Origin: Microthrixaceae bacterium
Lineage (GTDB): Bacteria > Actinomycetota > Acidimicrobiia > Acidimicrobiales > Microtrichaceae
Assembly (NCBI GenBank): GCA_027493675.1
Contig: JAOSKI010000005.1
Coordinates: forward strand, 13,720-77,719
Length of the DNA: 64,000 nt
Reading direction: 5' to 3'
Below the pieces are notes generated by a model that saw only the letters and a list, made by a program, of their open reading frames with translations, ran no database searches and was not told the origin of the DNA. Numbering within the stretch: position 1 is the first letter of the stretch; each line of letters opens with the position of its first letter. Made by a program: the position numbers and the translations under genes. Below, piece after piece: positions 54,040 to 64,000 of the stretch.

Positions 54040-54255
54040 ATGATGGATGAGCACTTGGAACACGACACGGGCCGCCGGCCACCCGCGGTCTGGCGAAAGT
54101 GCGACGAATCGGGCGAGGGCGTGATCTCGACCGCCATCGCGGTGCTCATAGTGGCGTTGTTGGGCGTTGCCCTCTGGGCCGGGTTCAGCACGATCATGAG
54201 TGACGCGACGGACCGCACCAGCGAGCAGATCCAGAGCATCGACGGAACGCCCTGA
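54040..54255 (+). CDS. Flp-like / DUF4244-type pilin candidate
   Basis: 71 aa; GGAGAGG upstream. ...DESGEGVISTAIAVLIVALLGVALWAGF is a single hydrophobic helix after a G/E-rich leader, positioned as in actinobacterial tad loci. Confidence 0.65.
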   Translation: MMDEHLEHDTGRRPPAVWRKCDESGEGVISTAIAVLIVALLGVALWAGFSTIMSDATDRTSEQIQSIDGTP

Positions 54256-54258
54256 GCC

Positions 54259-54693
54259 ATGGGTCGGACAAGAGGTCATCACCCGAGCACCGGTGACGGA
54301 TTGGAGCGCGGCACCGGACTCCTGCCGACGGCGTTCGGCCTGGCCGTGCTGCTCGCCATGTTGGGGTTGGTCAGCAATGTCGCGCTCGGACTGTGGAGCC
54401 GCACGACGACGGAGTCGATCGCGTACGAAGCGGCACGGTCCGTCGCGACAGCTGAACCGGGAGCGGACCGCGAGGCGGTGCGAGAGCAGGCCCTCGAACG
54501 AGCATGTGACCAGCTCGGCGGGAACTGCTCCGACGTGCGCATGTCCTTCGGACCCGAGGTCGAGGGTCAACCCATGGTGGCACTGCATGTCGAGGCTCCG
54601 GGTGTGGGGCTGCTCCCACGGTTAATAGCCGACGGTGGTCCCGTGGTGGGCGGGTTGAACCGCACGATCCGCATCCGCCAAGAGGGCATGTGA
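54259..54693 (+). CDS. TadE-like pseudopilin
   Basis: 144 aa, ...ERGTGLLPTAFGLAVLLAMLGLVSNVALGLW... N-terminal hydrophobic segment typical of the TadE/TadG family. Follows the pilin by 3 nt. Confidence 0.65.
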   Translation: MGRTRGHHPSTGDGLERGTGLLPTAFGLAVLLAMLGLVSNVALGLWSRTTTESIAYEAARSVATAEPGADREAVREQALERACDQLGGNCSDVRMSFGPEVEGQPMVALHVEAPGVGLLPRLIADGGPVVGGLNRTIRIRQEGM

Positions 54694-55064
54694 GACGACC
54701 TGAACGCGCTATGGCTGCGGGCGCCGAGGCACTCGCCATCGGGACGCTGGTGCTGCTTGCCGCGACGATCCTGGTGGTCAACGCCTGGGCGGTGATCGAC
54801 ACCAACATGGCATTGGAGGCCGCGGCCCGGGAGTACCTGCGTGCCTACACAGAGGCCGACGAGCCCATCGTGGCAGCGATCGAAGGAGACGCAGCGGCGA
54901 GAGCCGTGCTGGAGGACCGCCCCGGGATGCTCCAACGCCTGGAGGTCGATCCTCCACCGCCGGAGACCTTCGGCCCTTGTGCCCCTGCGGCTGTCACCGT
55001 TTCGGCCCGGGTGCCCAGCATCCGGATCCCGGCAATCGGCACTCGATGGGGGAGCACACGGTGA
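54690..55064 (+). CDS. TadE-like pseudopilin 2
   Basis: ATGA-type overlap with the previous gene. GAEALAIGTLVLLAATILVVNAWAVID. The C-terminus may continue one frame over to about 55152 (TVSISAVELIDAHQEMVGG...). Confidence 0.55.
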   Translation: MRRPERAMAAGAEALAIGTLVLLAATILVVNAWAVIDTNMALEAAAREYLRAYTEADEPIVAAIEGDAAARAVLEDRPGMLQRLEVDPPPPETFGPCAPAAVTVSARVPSIRIPAIGTRWGSTR

Positions 55065-55201
55065 GCATCAGCGCGGTCGAGTTGATCGATGCCCACCAGG
55101 AGATGGTCGGTGGTCCGGCCTACGACAGGACGAGGACGGCCTGCGGTGGATAGGCGTGGTGCAACCTGGCGCGTGTCGGCAAGGGCGCGGCGGACCGAAC
55201 C

Positions 55202-55548
55202 GTGGCAGCTCCGGCTGAACGCGCAACCGCTCTCATGCTTGCACCGGCGCTGGTACTGGTCGTGTTGGTCCTGGGGCGATCGCAGTGGACCTGTCACTGG
55301 TGCACGCGGCGCGGCGCTCGGCCTACCGGAGCCTGTCCGCCGCAGCCGACGACGCGGCCGCGATGGTGGACTCGGCTGAGTTCCAGCGTTCGGGTGAGGT
55401 ACGGCTCGATCCTGATTCCGCGGAGAGGGTCGTGCGCGCCCATCTCGGTGTGTTGGACGGTGATGCCCCGCCAGGGTTCTCCGAGCCGGCGTTCCGCGTG
55501 CTCGACGCGGATGTCGCAGTGGACTGCCGGCTGGAAGGGTCCGGATAG
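55202..55548 (+). CDS. TadG-like pseudopilin, one frameshift
   Basis: ERATALMLAPALVLVVLVLG in ORF 55202..56107. Then AIAVDLSLVHAARRSAYRSLSAAADDAAAMV... in ORF 55285..55548. The start is uncertain (CTG 55166 or GTG 55202). Confidence 0.55.
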
Positions 55549-55642
55549 CCGCAACCGTGGAGGTCGCGCATGTCTTCGGTCCGGCGGTCCCGGGCCTCGA
55601 CGACACCACGACCATCTCGATGTCGGTCACCGGGAGGATGCT

Positions 55643-57004
55643 GTGAAGGGCCCGACGGGAGCCTCGACGATCGACGTGCGCAACAGGAGCGAGGGTGCGC
55701 TCGGACCCGCGCCTCTCGAGGAGCACCCCGAGATCCGCTGGGCCCGAATGGGCGCGCGTGAGGTGGTCATCAAAGCCGCACGCGATCCCCACCGGACACG
55801 ACTGCGCCGCGAGGCCGAGGTGCTGCGACGGATCCACGCCGACGGCCGCGCAGCGGCCTCGGTGGTCGGGTTCGTGGAGCTCGTCGAGGGCGCAGACCAC
55901 ACCGAGTTGGTGACCCTCAGGCATGGCACCGTCACCCTGGCCGATGTGGGCCTTCTGAGTCCACACGAGCGCACCGAGGCCCTCGTGTCCCTGTGCGAGG
56001 CGCTCGACGGGCTCCACCGGGCGGGATGGGCACACGGTTCGATCGAGACAACTCACGTGCTCGTCGACCCAGACGCACCGAGCGCGCTGCGAACCCCGAC
56101 GCCGTGAGGCCCGTGGCGCGGCTGTGCGCACTCGGGGAGGCCGAGCAGCTGCGTGATCCGGGCCGCCGGAACCTCACGCGCAGCCGACCTCCAGGCGTTG
56201 AGCACCGTCGTCCTCGATGCATTGGAGAAGCCCGTCGGGTTCGGGACGAGACGTGAGCGACGCCGTTACGGGTCCGCCGCCCGCAGGGCCCACAGGCGAC
56301 TCGCTGCAGGCGCGGTCTTCACACCGGGAGTGCCGTCGCCCGGATGCTGAACGAGACCATCGGCCGGTACCCCGCAGGCCGAGCGGACCCGAAGGCCGTG
56401 GCCGATCGTCGGCGAAGCACGGCTGGGACGCCGCGGCGTTCGGTTGGACGCCCACACCGGTGGAGCACATGGCTCGTTGCCGGTGCCCTCGTGGCGGCAC
56501 TCGGCGTGGGCGCGGCGACGGCGCGGATGCTGCACGACGGTTCCGGAGATCACCACCGACTGCACCGTGGAGGTTGCCGGGAGCACCCACCCGTGTGGTG
56601 ACGTGACAGTCGACGGCAACGTCGTGACGGTCGCCCGGCATCGCTTCGAGCTCGGAACCCCGAGGGACACCGTGACGGTGGGCGACTGGGACTGCGACGG
56701 CACCGGCACAGCAGTGCTGCTCCGGAGTCACGCACCGGGCGGCTGTTCCACTTCGGGACCTGGAGCACCCCGACCGATGAGGTCTCCGGTGAGCAGATCG
56801 GCACCTTCGCGGGAGCCACGGGGGCTCAGGGTCGGCCCTCCATGTCGCTTCCCCGAGGTGGAGTCGGCCGATGGGTCCACCGTCTCACCCCTGGAGCAGT
56901 CCCTGCCCGATCCCAAGGAGACGGGGGTAGGGCGGCCACTCAGGGCAGGTCCCGAGGGGGACCCAGGGGGGGCACACCACACACCGGGGAGGTACGAAAC
57001 GTGA
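55643..57004 (+). CDS. degenerate protein-kinase-like domain - TM - extracellular Cys-containing domain protein, multiply frameshifted
   Basis: GTG at 55643 after GGGAGGA. EVVIKAARD, EAEVLRRI, LHRAGWAHGSIETTHVLVDPD (no HRD/DFG seen). TM helix WLVAGALVAALGVGAATA at about 56465-56530. DCTVEVAGSTHPCGDVTVDG...GDWDCDGTGTAVLLR follows. The pieces lie in ORFs 55202..56107, 56153..56350, 56344..56601 and 56444..57004. Confidence 0.55.
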
Positions 57005-57834
57005 TGCGGACCATGAGGCGATGGGTTCCCTTGATGCTCTGGCTTGCAACGTGCGCTGCAGCCGTGATGGCACTCTGGTCGGTCGAGGAGCCCCGGTTCG
57101 ATCCACCACCGTCGAACCCCGGTGCCTGGTCGCAGTGGGCATCGGGGCGCGACGTCCTCGATGCCACAGCCGGCATCTCGCGGCTGCTCGCCACGGCCGC
57201 GCTCGGCTACCTGCTCCTGGTGTCGGTCGCTCACCTGTTCGCACTGGCCTGGGGACCAACCGGTCTGCATCGGTTCACCGCTCGGCTCAGCCCGAAGCCC
57301 GTGGCGGCCCTGGCGGCCACCGCGGTGCTGGGTGGGTCCCCGCTGGCCGCGGCGATGGGCACATCCGGAGGGCCCCCGGCAGGGGGTGACGATCCTGTGG
57401 CGATCCCGGCGCCGGTCATGCGAGTCGTCGAGGACGATGGCCCACAGAGCACCACGACTTCGCCCGCGAAGACGCCACCGACCACGGACTCACCTGTCGA
57501 CGGGCCACCTGCCGACAAGCCACGGGGCGGGGAGCGAACTGCCGAACCGAACCCTGAGGGTGCGACCGCACCTCCGCCCGAACCCCGCCTCGGACACCGC
57601 AGACGGTGTGGCTGCTGAACGCGGTTCCGACACGGAGCACACGGTGGTGAAAGGGGACAACCTCTGGTCGATAGCACGCCAGCGGGTGCGGCTCACTCTG
57701 GGCCGCGAGCCCACCGAAGCCGAGATCCGCGGCTACTGGCTTGCCCTCATGGACCCTGAACGCTCCACGAATGGTCGAACCGGGCAACCCCCAACCTGCT
57801 GCTCCTCGGCCAGCAGCTCCGGCTACCCGGCTGA
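57004..57834 (+). CDS. membrane-anchored Pro-rich LysM-domain protein, frameshifted
   Basis: The ATG overlaps the upstream stop (TGATG). TM helices WVPLMLWLATCAAAVMALW and LLATAALGYLLLVSVAHLF, then a Pro/Thr-rich linker (ORF 56842..57618). The LysM domain EHTVVKGDNLWSIARQ...EIRGYW is in ORF 57122..57907. The tail ...NPNLLLLGQQLRLPG* follows shifts near 57745 and the C5 run at 57788-57792. Confidence 0.7.
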
Positions 57835-57857
57835 TCGCCTGAGCCGGCTCGGGCCAC

Positions 57858-58362
57858 TCAGCCCATGCTCAAGCCGAGCTCCGCCAGCTTCTGGTCCGCA
57901 GCGTTGACGGAGACCCTGAGGATGCAGGCGATTGCCCGCATGTCGTCGCGGCGGATGGTCAACATCCGGCCGTTGAAGTCCTGACGCTGCACCTGGATCA
58001 TGTGCAGGTACCGCACGAGCATCGCGGATTCCGCTCCACCGAGGCCCTCGAGCCGCGTCAGGTCGATCACGGCGCCGTGACGGTCGGCCGAGGTGGTTGC
58101 GTCCACAGGCACCGCCTCGGCATCGGGAAGCAGCTGCTCCACCGGCACCTTGTAGAACGCCGCCAAGCGGGCCAGGCGCGGCACCGAGATGGCACGTTCG
58201 CCACGTTCATAGGCCCCGAGCACCGAGGCCTTGAACTCCTCGCCCGGAGTCCGCCTCCACGGCCTGCAGCGAGAGGCGCTTCTGGCGTCGGATCAGCCTC
58301 AGGCGCTCACCCACGGCCCGGCCGAAGCCCTCCTGATCCTCGTGTTCGGTCTCGTCGGCCAT
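57858..58362 (-). CDS. XRE-family helix-turn-helix transcriptional regulator, one frameshift
   Basis: ATG at 58362 after GAGGGGGGAG. MADETEHEDQEGFGRAVGERLRLIRRQKRLSLQAVEA by hand translation. ...SVLGAYERGERAISVPRLARLAAFY... in ORF 57858..58223. The shift is near 58250. Confidence 0.75.
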
Positions 58363-58465
58363 CTGCTCCCCCCTCGTCACCCAACCGCTCGCGTCCGTGG
58401 ACCGCCCAACTGGCTCTGCTCCGATCGACCACTCTGGGTGCTACCCATCATGGCGACGTCACTAC

Positions 58466-59255
58466 TCAGGGTGACAAGGATGGCAGACCCGGCCCCACCA
58501 GGCCAACCCGGAGCTGAGACATGGTCGCTCCCGCCACGATCGCAGCGGTCTCGGCCCGCAGCACGTTCTCGCCCAAGGCAACCCCCGAGGCACGCCTACG
58601 CTCGGCATCGCTCCAACCACCCTCGGGCCCCACGAGCACCGTCGTGTCCGACGCCTGAAGCCCACGACCCCCGGCATCGGCCAGCACGGGACTCCCTGGA
58701 AGCTCGCCGGGAGCATCGCCGGGACGGCCGTCACCGGCGCGGTCACCGATCCGTGCCAACGCATCGCCGAAGTCGAGCCACTCGAGCTCGGGAGTCCACA
58801 GGCACCTGCACTGTGCTACGGCCTCCTCCACGACACGGGCCAGCCTCTCGAGATGACGCCGCGCCCGTGAGTCGTCCCACCGCACCACTCCCCGATCGCA
58901 GCGCAGAAGCCAGATCCGGTCGATCCCCAACTCGGTGAGCTTCTGCACGACCAGCTCGTTGCGGTTCCCCTTCAGTGCCGCGAAGCCGACCGTCAGGGAG
59001 GGTGATGGGGCGTCCACGCGATGCACCGGGCCCTGCACCACCAGGGTGCCTGTCGACGCGAGCGAGCACATGCGCCACCCACCACGACCGTCGGTGACAC
59101 AGATCGCCTCCTTCGGTCCGGAGGCGCAGTACCCGACGAAGATGATGTTCCGAATCCGCTTCGAGGGTCGGATCCACCAGGTCCACCACGCGTACCTGGG
59201 CGGCGGCGCTGCGCCACGGATGTCGACCGACACCCGGCGAGGAGTCAGCGCCCAT
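58466..59255 (-). CDS. rsmE: 16S rRNA (uracil1498-N3)-methyltransferase, one frameshift
   Basis: SEHHLRRVLRLR in ORF 58743..59255. EAICVTDGRGGW...LTVGFAALKGNRNELVVQKLTELGIDRIWLL...VLVGPEGGWSDAE...LGENVLRAETAAI in ORF 58466..59374. The 3' end is uncertain. Confidence 0.8.
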
Positions 59256-59267
59256 GCGACAGACCGG

Positions 59268-60383
59268 TCAGGAGAAGGCCGAGCGGATGCGCGACATGAA
59301 GCCCTCCGCGGGTGGAGCGACCTCCTCGCCGCGTTGCTCGGCGAGCTCGCGCAGAAGCTGCTCGGACTCCTCATCGAGCTTCGTGGGCACCATCACCTCC
59401 GCCACCACCAGCAGATCACCACGACCCCGGCCGTTGAGATGCGGCACGCCCTTGCCGCGGATCTTGAAGAGCCGACCTGGTTGGGTTCCACCGGGGATGT
59501 CGAGCGTCTCGGTTCCATCCGGAGTGTCGATCGTCACCTGGGCGCCCAGCGCTGCCTGGGTGACAGGCACCTCCAGGCGGTGCAGGAGATCGTCACCTTT
59601 CCGCTCGAAGCGCGCGTCGGCGTTGACACGCAGGCGGACGTAGAGATCGCCCGCGCCGCCACCACGGGCTCCAACTGCACCACGACCCGTCAGGCGCAGC
59701 GTCGAACCATCGTCCACCCGCCGGGCACATCCACGGTGAAGGTCTTGTCGGTCACGATCCGGCCTTCGCCCTTGCATCAGGTGCACGGGTCGTTGATCAC
59801 CTCACCCAAGCCGCTGCAGCGGCGGCACGGCGACGCCGAGACGATCTGGCCGAGCACCGTGTTGCGAACGGCGCGAACCTCGCCCGCGCCGTTGCAGTCC
59901 TCACAGGTGGACACACTGGTCCCGGGCGCGGTGCCGACACCCTCGCACTCGTCGCACGACACAGCGGTGCGCACGGTCACGTCTGTCTCCACGCCGAAGA
60001 GGGAGTCCACGAAGTCGATCGTGGTGGTCACCTCGAGGTCGGGGCCCCTGGCCGGGCCTTTCGGCCCACGTTGACGCGACCCTCCGAAGGGTCCGGCTCC
60101 ACCGAAGAAGGCGTCGAACAGGTCGCCGAACCCCCTGCCCCGCTCCGAAGGGGTCACCCATGTCGAAGCCGTCGGCGGATCCGAAGCGGTCGTAGCGGTC
60201 ACGCTTCTCGGGATCCGACAGGACCTCGTATGCGGCCGCGAGCTCCTTGAACCGGGTCTCCGCGTCGGCGTCTCCCGGGTTGGCGTCGGGATGCGAGTCC
60301 CTGGCTGCGCGACGGTAGGCCTTCTTGATCTCCTCGGCGGAGGCATCGCGGGAGACCCCGAGGATCTCATAGAAGTCCGACAC
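59268..60383 (-). CDS. dnaJ: molecular chaperone DnaJ, frameshifted
   Basis: J domain [36 protein letters not shown] in ORF 59901..60416. Zn finger [12 protein letters not shown]...[10 protein letters not shown]...[10 protein letters not shown] in ORF 59777..60370. The C-terminal domains are in ORF 59268..59786. Confidence 0.9.
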
Positions 60384-61450
60384 AGCGACCCATCCCTGCA
60401 AACCTCGTCGTCTCACCCATAAGCGTCATCCCTCGGTCAGCAGCCGACTCCAGCCGTTGTGACACCGCCACCACCGCCGAGACCGTGCGGGCATAGTCCA
60501 TCCGCGTCGGCCCGAGAACCGCGATCGCCCCCGTCGCGCCCGATTCCGACCGGTAGGGAGCGACCACAACGGAGCATTCCGCGAGCGGGCTCGACACCGG
60601 TCTCCGATCCGATCGCCACGGTCATGCCGCTGTCGACGATCTCCTTGAGGAGGCTCACGACGACGAACTGCTTCTCCAGCACGGTGAGGACCGACTCGAC
60701 GGTCTCACGTGCATCGAAGATGTTGCGATCCGGCTGGTGCCGTCGACGTAGAGCAGATCCCGTTCGGCCTGCAGTCCGTCGGCAAGGGCGCCCAGCGCGA
60801 GGGCGGCCAACTCGGACCCCCTGGCACCTTCGGGTATCACCACCGAACCCATCTCCGACAGGGACCGACCAAGCACCGCAGAGGCCAGGAGGTCCTGGGA
60901 GTCCTCCACGACGCCTGCGAGCCGTCCGGTCGCGTCGGGAGATCGCTCGGGCACCTCGAAGGCGTACTTGAGCACCGAACCCGCCGAGGTGACCGCTACC
61001 ACCATGTGGACCGAGGAGTTGAGATCCACGAGTTGCACCGACCGCAGCGTCGCGGCCTCGGCCTCGGTCCCGGTGACCACCGCAGCGGAGTCGGTCAACG
61101 TGCTCAGCAGGTGGCTGGTCCGGCCGAGGAGCTGCTCGAGTTCGCCGTGGGCAGCCGCGAAGAAGTCCGACACCTGCGCGACACCCTGGGGGCTCAGTGG
61201 CTCGGTCCCCCCGATCGCGTCCACGAAGAAGCGGTACCCCTTCTCGGTGGGCACCCGACCGGCGCTGGTGTGGGGCTGGACCAGGTAGCCCTCGCTCTCC
61301 AGGTCGTGCATCTCGGTCCGCACCGTCGCCGAGGACACCGAGACGTCGTCGCGGCGTGCGATGCTGTTGGAACCCACGGGCTGCGCGGTCTCGATGTACT
61401 GCTGGACCACTGCTCGCAGGATCGCTGACTTGCGGTCATCAAAGTGACAT
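60367..61450 (-). CDS. hrcA: heat-inducible transcriptional repressor HrcA, frameshifted
   Basis: ATG at 61450, then an extra T (MSL|[28 protein letters not shown]). The body is in ORF 60655..61410. The C-terminus is across ORFs 60437..60682 and 60367..60597 ([34 protein letters not shown]). The real stop may be at 60426. Confidence 0.88.
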
Positions 61451-61492
61451 CGGGGCCCTCGACGGTTCGGACAGGTCGGAAGAGATTGGCAC

Positions 61493-63359
61493 TCAGTCTA
61501 CGCGAGTGCCAGACCGCAGCGCTGCTCGGTCGTCGAGGCGAAGCGCACGAATGAAGGCATCGGAGGGGGATCTCCACCGAGCCGAGGCTCTTCATGCGCT
61601 TCTTGCCCTGCTTCTGCTTCTCGAGCAGCTTCTTCTTGCGGGTGATGTCACCGCCGTAGAGCTTGGCGGTCACATCCTTGCGGAACGCCCGCACCGTCTT
61701 GCGGGAGATGATCCGACTTCCAATGGCGGCCTGGATGGGCACGTCGAACTGCTGGCGCGGGATGATCTCGGCGAGCTTCTCGCACATGCGCTTGCCATAC
61801 TCCTCGGCACGATCACGATGCACGATGGTGCAGAACGCGTCCACCGCCTCACCGTGCAGCAGTATCTCCACCTTCACCAGATCACCCCGCACGTACCCGT
61901 GGGGTTCGTAGTCGAGGCTCGCATAGCCCTGGGTTCGGCTCTTGAGCTGGTCGAAGAAATCGATGACGACCTCCGCGAGCGGCAACCGGTACTGAAGGTC
62001 CACCCGCTCAGGTGACAGGTACTCCATTCGGATCAACTCGCCACGGCGCCCCTGGCACAGCTCCATGAGGGTGCCCACGTACTCACTCAGGGTGATGATC
62101 GAACACGACAGCATCGGTTCGCGGATCTCCTCGATCGATGCCGGATCGGGAAGGTCCGCAGGGTTGTCGACGAGCAGGTCCTCCCCCGCCGTGGTGGTCA
62201 CCTCGTACTCGACCGAGGGTGCCGTTGCGATCAGCGAGAGGTCGAATTCGCGTTCGAGGCGCTCACGGATGATCTCCATGTGCAACAGGCCCAGGAATCC
62301 GCAGCGGAAGCCGAACCCGAGCGCACCCGAGGTCTCCGGCACATAGGTGAACGAGCTGTCGTTCAGGCGCATCTTGAGCAGCGAATCCCTGAGGTCCTCG
62401 AAGTCGTCGCCCTCCACGGGGTACAGACCGCAGAAGACCATCGGCTTCGGTTCGCGGTATCCCTCCAGGGGAGCTCCGGCCGGGTCCTGCGCATCGGTGA
62501 CGGTCTCACCCGAACGGGCCTCACCCACGTCCTTGATGCCTGCGATCAGATAGCCCACCTCTCCGGTGCCGAGGACATCGACGGGCGTGTGGCGAGGGGT
62601 GCGCACACCGAGTTCGATCGCATCGTGGGTGGCACCGGCCTGCATGAACCGCAGCTTCGAGCCACTGCGCAGCCGGCCGTTCATGACCCGTACCGAGCTG
62701 ACCACCCCGCGGTACTGATCGAAGTGCGAATCGAATATGAGTGCCTGGGTCGGGGCGTCGGGGTCACCCACCGGTGCGGGGATGCGCTCCACCACCGCAT
62801 CGAGCACCTCCGCGACACCCTCACCGGTCTTCGCGGATATCCGCAGGATCTCCTCCGATGGGATGCCGAGCACCTGCTCGATCTCGGCTGCGTAGGTGTC
62901 GGGGTCCGCGGCGGGAAGGTCGATCTTGTTCAGCACGGCGACGATCTCGAGGTCGCTCTCGATCGCCTGGTAGCAGTTCGCGAGGGTCTGGGCCTCGATC
63001 CCCTGGGACGCATCGACGACCAGGATCACCCCCTCACAGGCAGCGAGGCTGCGCGACACCTCATAACCGAAGTCCACGTGGCCCGGGGTGTCGATCAGGT
63101 TGACCACGTGGTCCTTCCAGTCGAGGCGAACCGACTGCAACTTGATCGTGATCCCGCGCTCGCGCTCCAGGTCCATCGAATCCAGGTACTGCTCACGCAT
63201 CTCACGGGCGTCCACCGCGCCGCAGATCTCGAGGAGCCGGTCGGCGAGGGTGGACTTCCCGTGATCGATGTGGGCGATGATCGACAGGTTTCGTATGTGG
63301 CTCAGGTCGGTCACAGTCGGAGGTACCGGGGACTCTCGGGAGGGGACGGGCGCCTGCAA
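61493..63359 (-). CDS. lepA: translation elongation factor 4 (LepA), one frameshift near the 3' end
   Basis: [22 protein letters not shown]...[11 protein letters not shown]...LNKIDLP...[33 protein letters not shown]5 run at 61565-61569 shifts the last ~25 codons ([11 protein letters not shown]...VD*, stop at 61493). The upstream ORF tail to 61194 is read-through. Confidence 0.92.
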
Positions 63360-63468
63360 GTCTGGCGCAAACCCCTCCGTCTGGTGGCATCGGTGAGGGT
63401 TCGATAACCTCTACGCTTCGTCGGTCCACCGGCGGCCCCCACAGCACAGGCGAGGGAACACCAGGCCC

Positions 63469-63727
63469 ATGGCCAACATCAAGAGCCAGATCAAGCGCAA
63501 CCGTCAGAACGAGAAGGCCCGGATGCGCAACCGCGCGGTCCGTAGCGAACTCCGCACGTCACTGCGCTCGGCCGAGGCCGCAATTGGAACCGACGGAGCA
63601 GCCGATGCGGTGGCGGCCGCGGTGAAAGCGCATCGACAAGGCCGCCCGCAAGGGCGTGATCCACCGCAACGCGGCGGCCCGCCAGAAGTCACGGCTGATG
63701 CTGAAGCTCAACGCGACCAACGCCTGA
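63469..63727 (+). CDS. rpsT: 30S ribosomal protein S20, one frameshift
   Basis: Not in the ORF track. Hand translation: [39 protein letters not shown]...AVKA, then after a 1-nt shift at about 63628-63633, [31 protein letters not shown]. Confidence 0.88.
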
Positions 63728-63763
63728 GCCCACCCGCGCTCCTCTGCTGCAGGTGGCGGTGCC

Positions 63764-64000
63764 TCACAGACGCCCACGGCGTGACGGCGCGGCGGCTGAT
63801 CCGGCCAGGGCGGCAAGCCTCGCCACCAGCAACTCCATCACGGCCTCCGGCGGCGTGGCCGTGGCCCCCCGCAGATCCACATCGGCCTTTGCCAGCAGGC
63901 CGATCGAGCGGGCCAGCTTCACGTGGCCGAGACGGGCGCCCTGGGCCATCGCCTTCTTGGCGGGGAAGGTCGAGCCCTTCATCCCGAGCAGAGCAGCCGC
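63764..64000 (-). CDS. holA: DNA polymerase III delta subunit (HolA), C-terminal fragment; 5' part outside window
   Basis: The frame is open to the window edge: [62 protein letters not shown]. Convergent with rpsT, as in other actinobacteria. Confidence 0.6.
   Translation of the reverse strand, partial: AAALLGMKGSTFPAKKAMAQGARLGHVKLARSIGLLAKADVDLRGATATPPEAVMELLVARLAALAGSAAAPSRRGRL

Noticed and set aside
52102-54260. Long minus-strand ORFs 52102..53235 and 53211..54260
   Set aside because: They are antisense to the intact, translationally coupled tadB/tadC/pilin genes. They are shadow ORFs.

Overview
High-G+C actinobacterial chromosome segment. The taxon call rests on a WhiB regulator, an Ssd/TadZ-type Tad locus and actinobacterial housekeeping gene order. 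I can support about 70 genes and 3 tRNAs (Val-TAC, Met-CAT, Asn-GTT). I saw no rRNA, CRISPR array, transposase or integrase.

Right half (36.7-64 kb): the conserved block holA / rpsT / lepA-hrcA-dnaJ-rsmE ... phoH-ybeY-CBS/HlyC-era-uppS-recO ... glyQS-dnaG-rpoD. It is interrupted at 48.5-57.8 kb by a complete Tad/Flp pilus locus: HTH, CpaB-like, Ssd/TadZ-like, TadA, TadB, TadC, a Flp-like pilin and three TadE/TadG-like genes. A degenerate kinase-like membrane protein follows, translationally coupled to a LysM protein.

Left half: ArsA-like ATPase, queG, a Zn-ribbon/coiled-coil protein plus an NYN protein, whiB-trpD, DUF3501 plus rubrerythrin, and a single-module A-PCP-TE enzyme. That enzyme is convergent with a TagGH-like exporter carrying two ATPase modules and a lipoprotein. 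Also here are a GT2 synthase-like gene, Nudix, IMPase, a HAD-OtsB fusion, three family-less envelope proteins, a large cyclase-ATPase-TPR regulator and a TPP-enzyme/SDR/epimerase cassette.

Dominant technical observation: dozens of single-base frame changes (my hand count is roughly 70-90, not computed). They often sit at short homopolymers and split essential genes (glyQS, dnaG, rpoD, lepA, era, dnaJ, hrcA, rpsT), and tRNA-Val also looks lengthened. I read these as sequence errors, not pseudogenes. Coordinates of split genes are reconstructed by joining ORF-track pieces and are approximate.

Best candidates for new biology:
- the pseudokinase/LysM module appended to the Tad locus;
- the A-PCP-TE plus dual Wzt-like-ATPase exporter cluster;
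- a 60-bp palindromic element bracketing a small membrane-protein gene;
- the orphan lipoprotein/Pro-rich protein island with a TGACGT operator cluster and a C12 plus 21/22-nt repeat tract.
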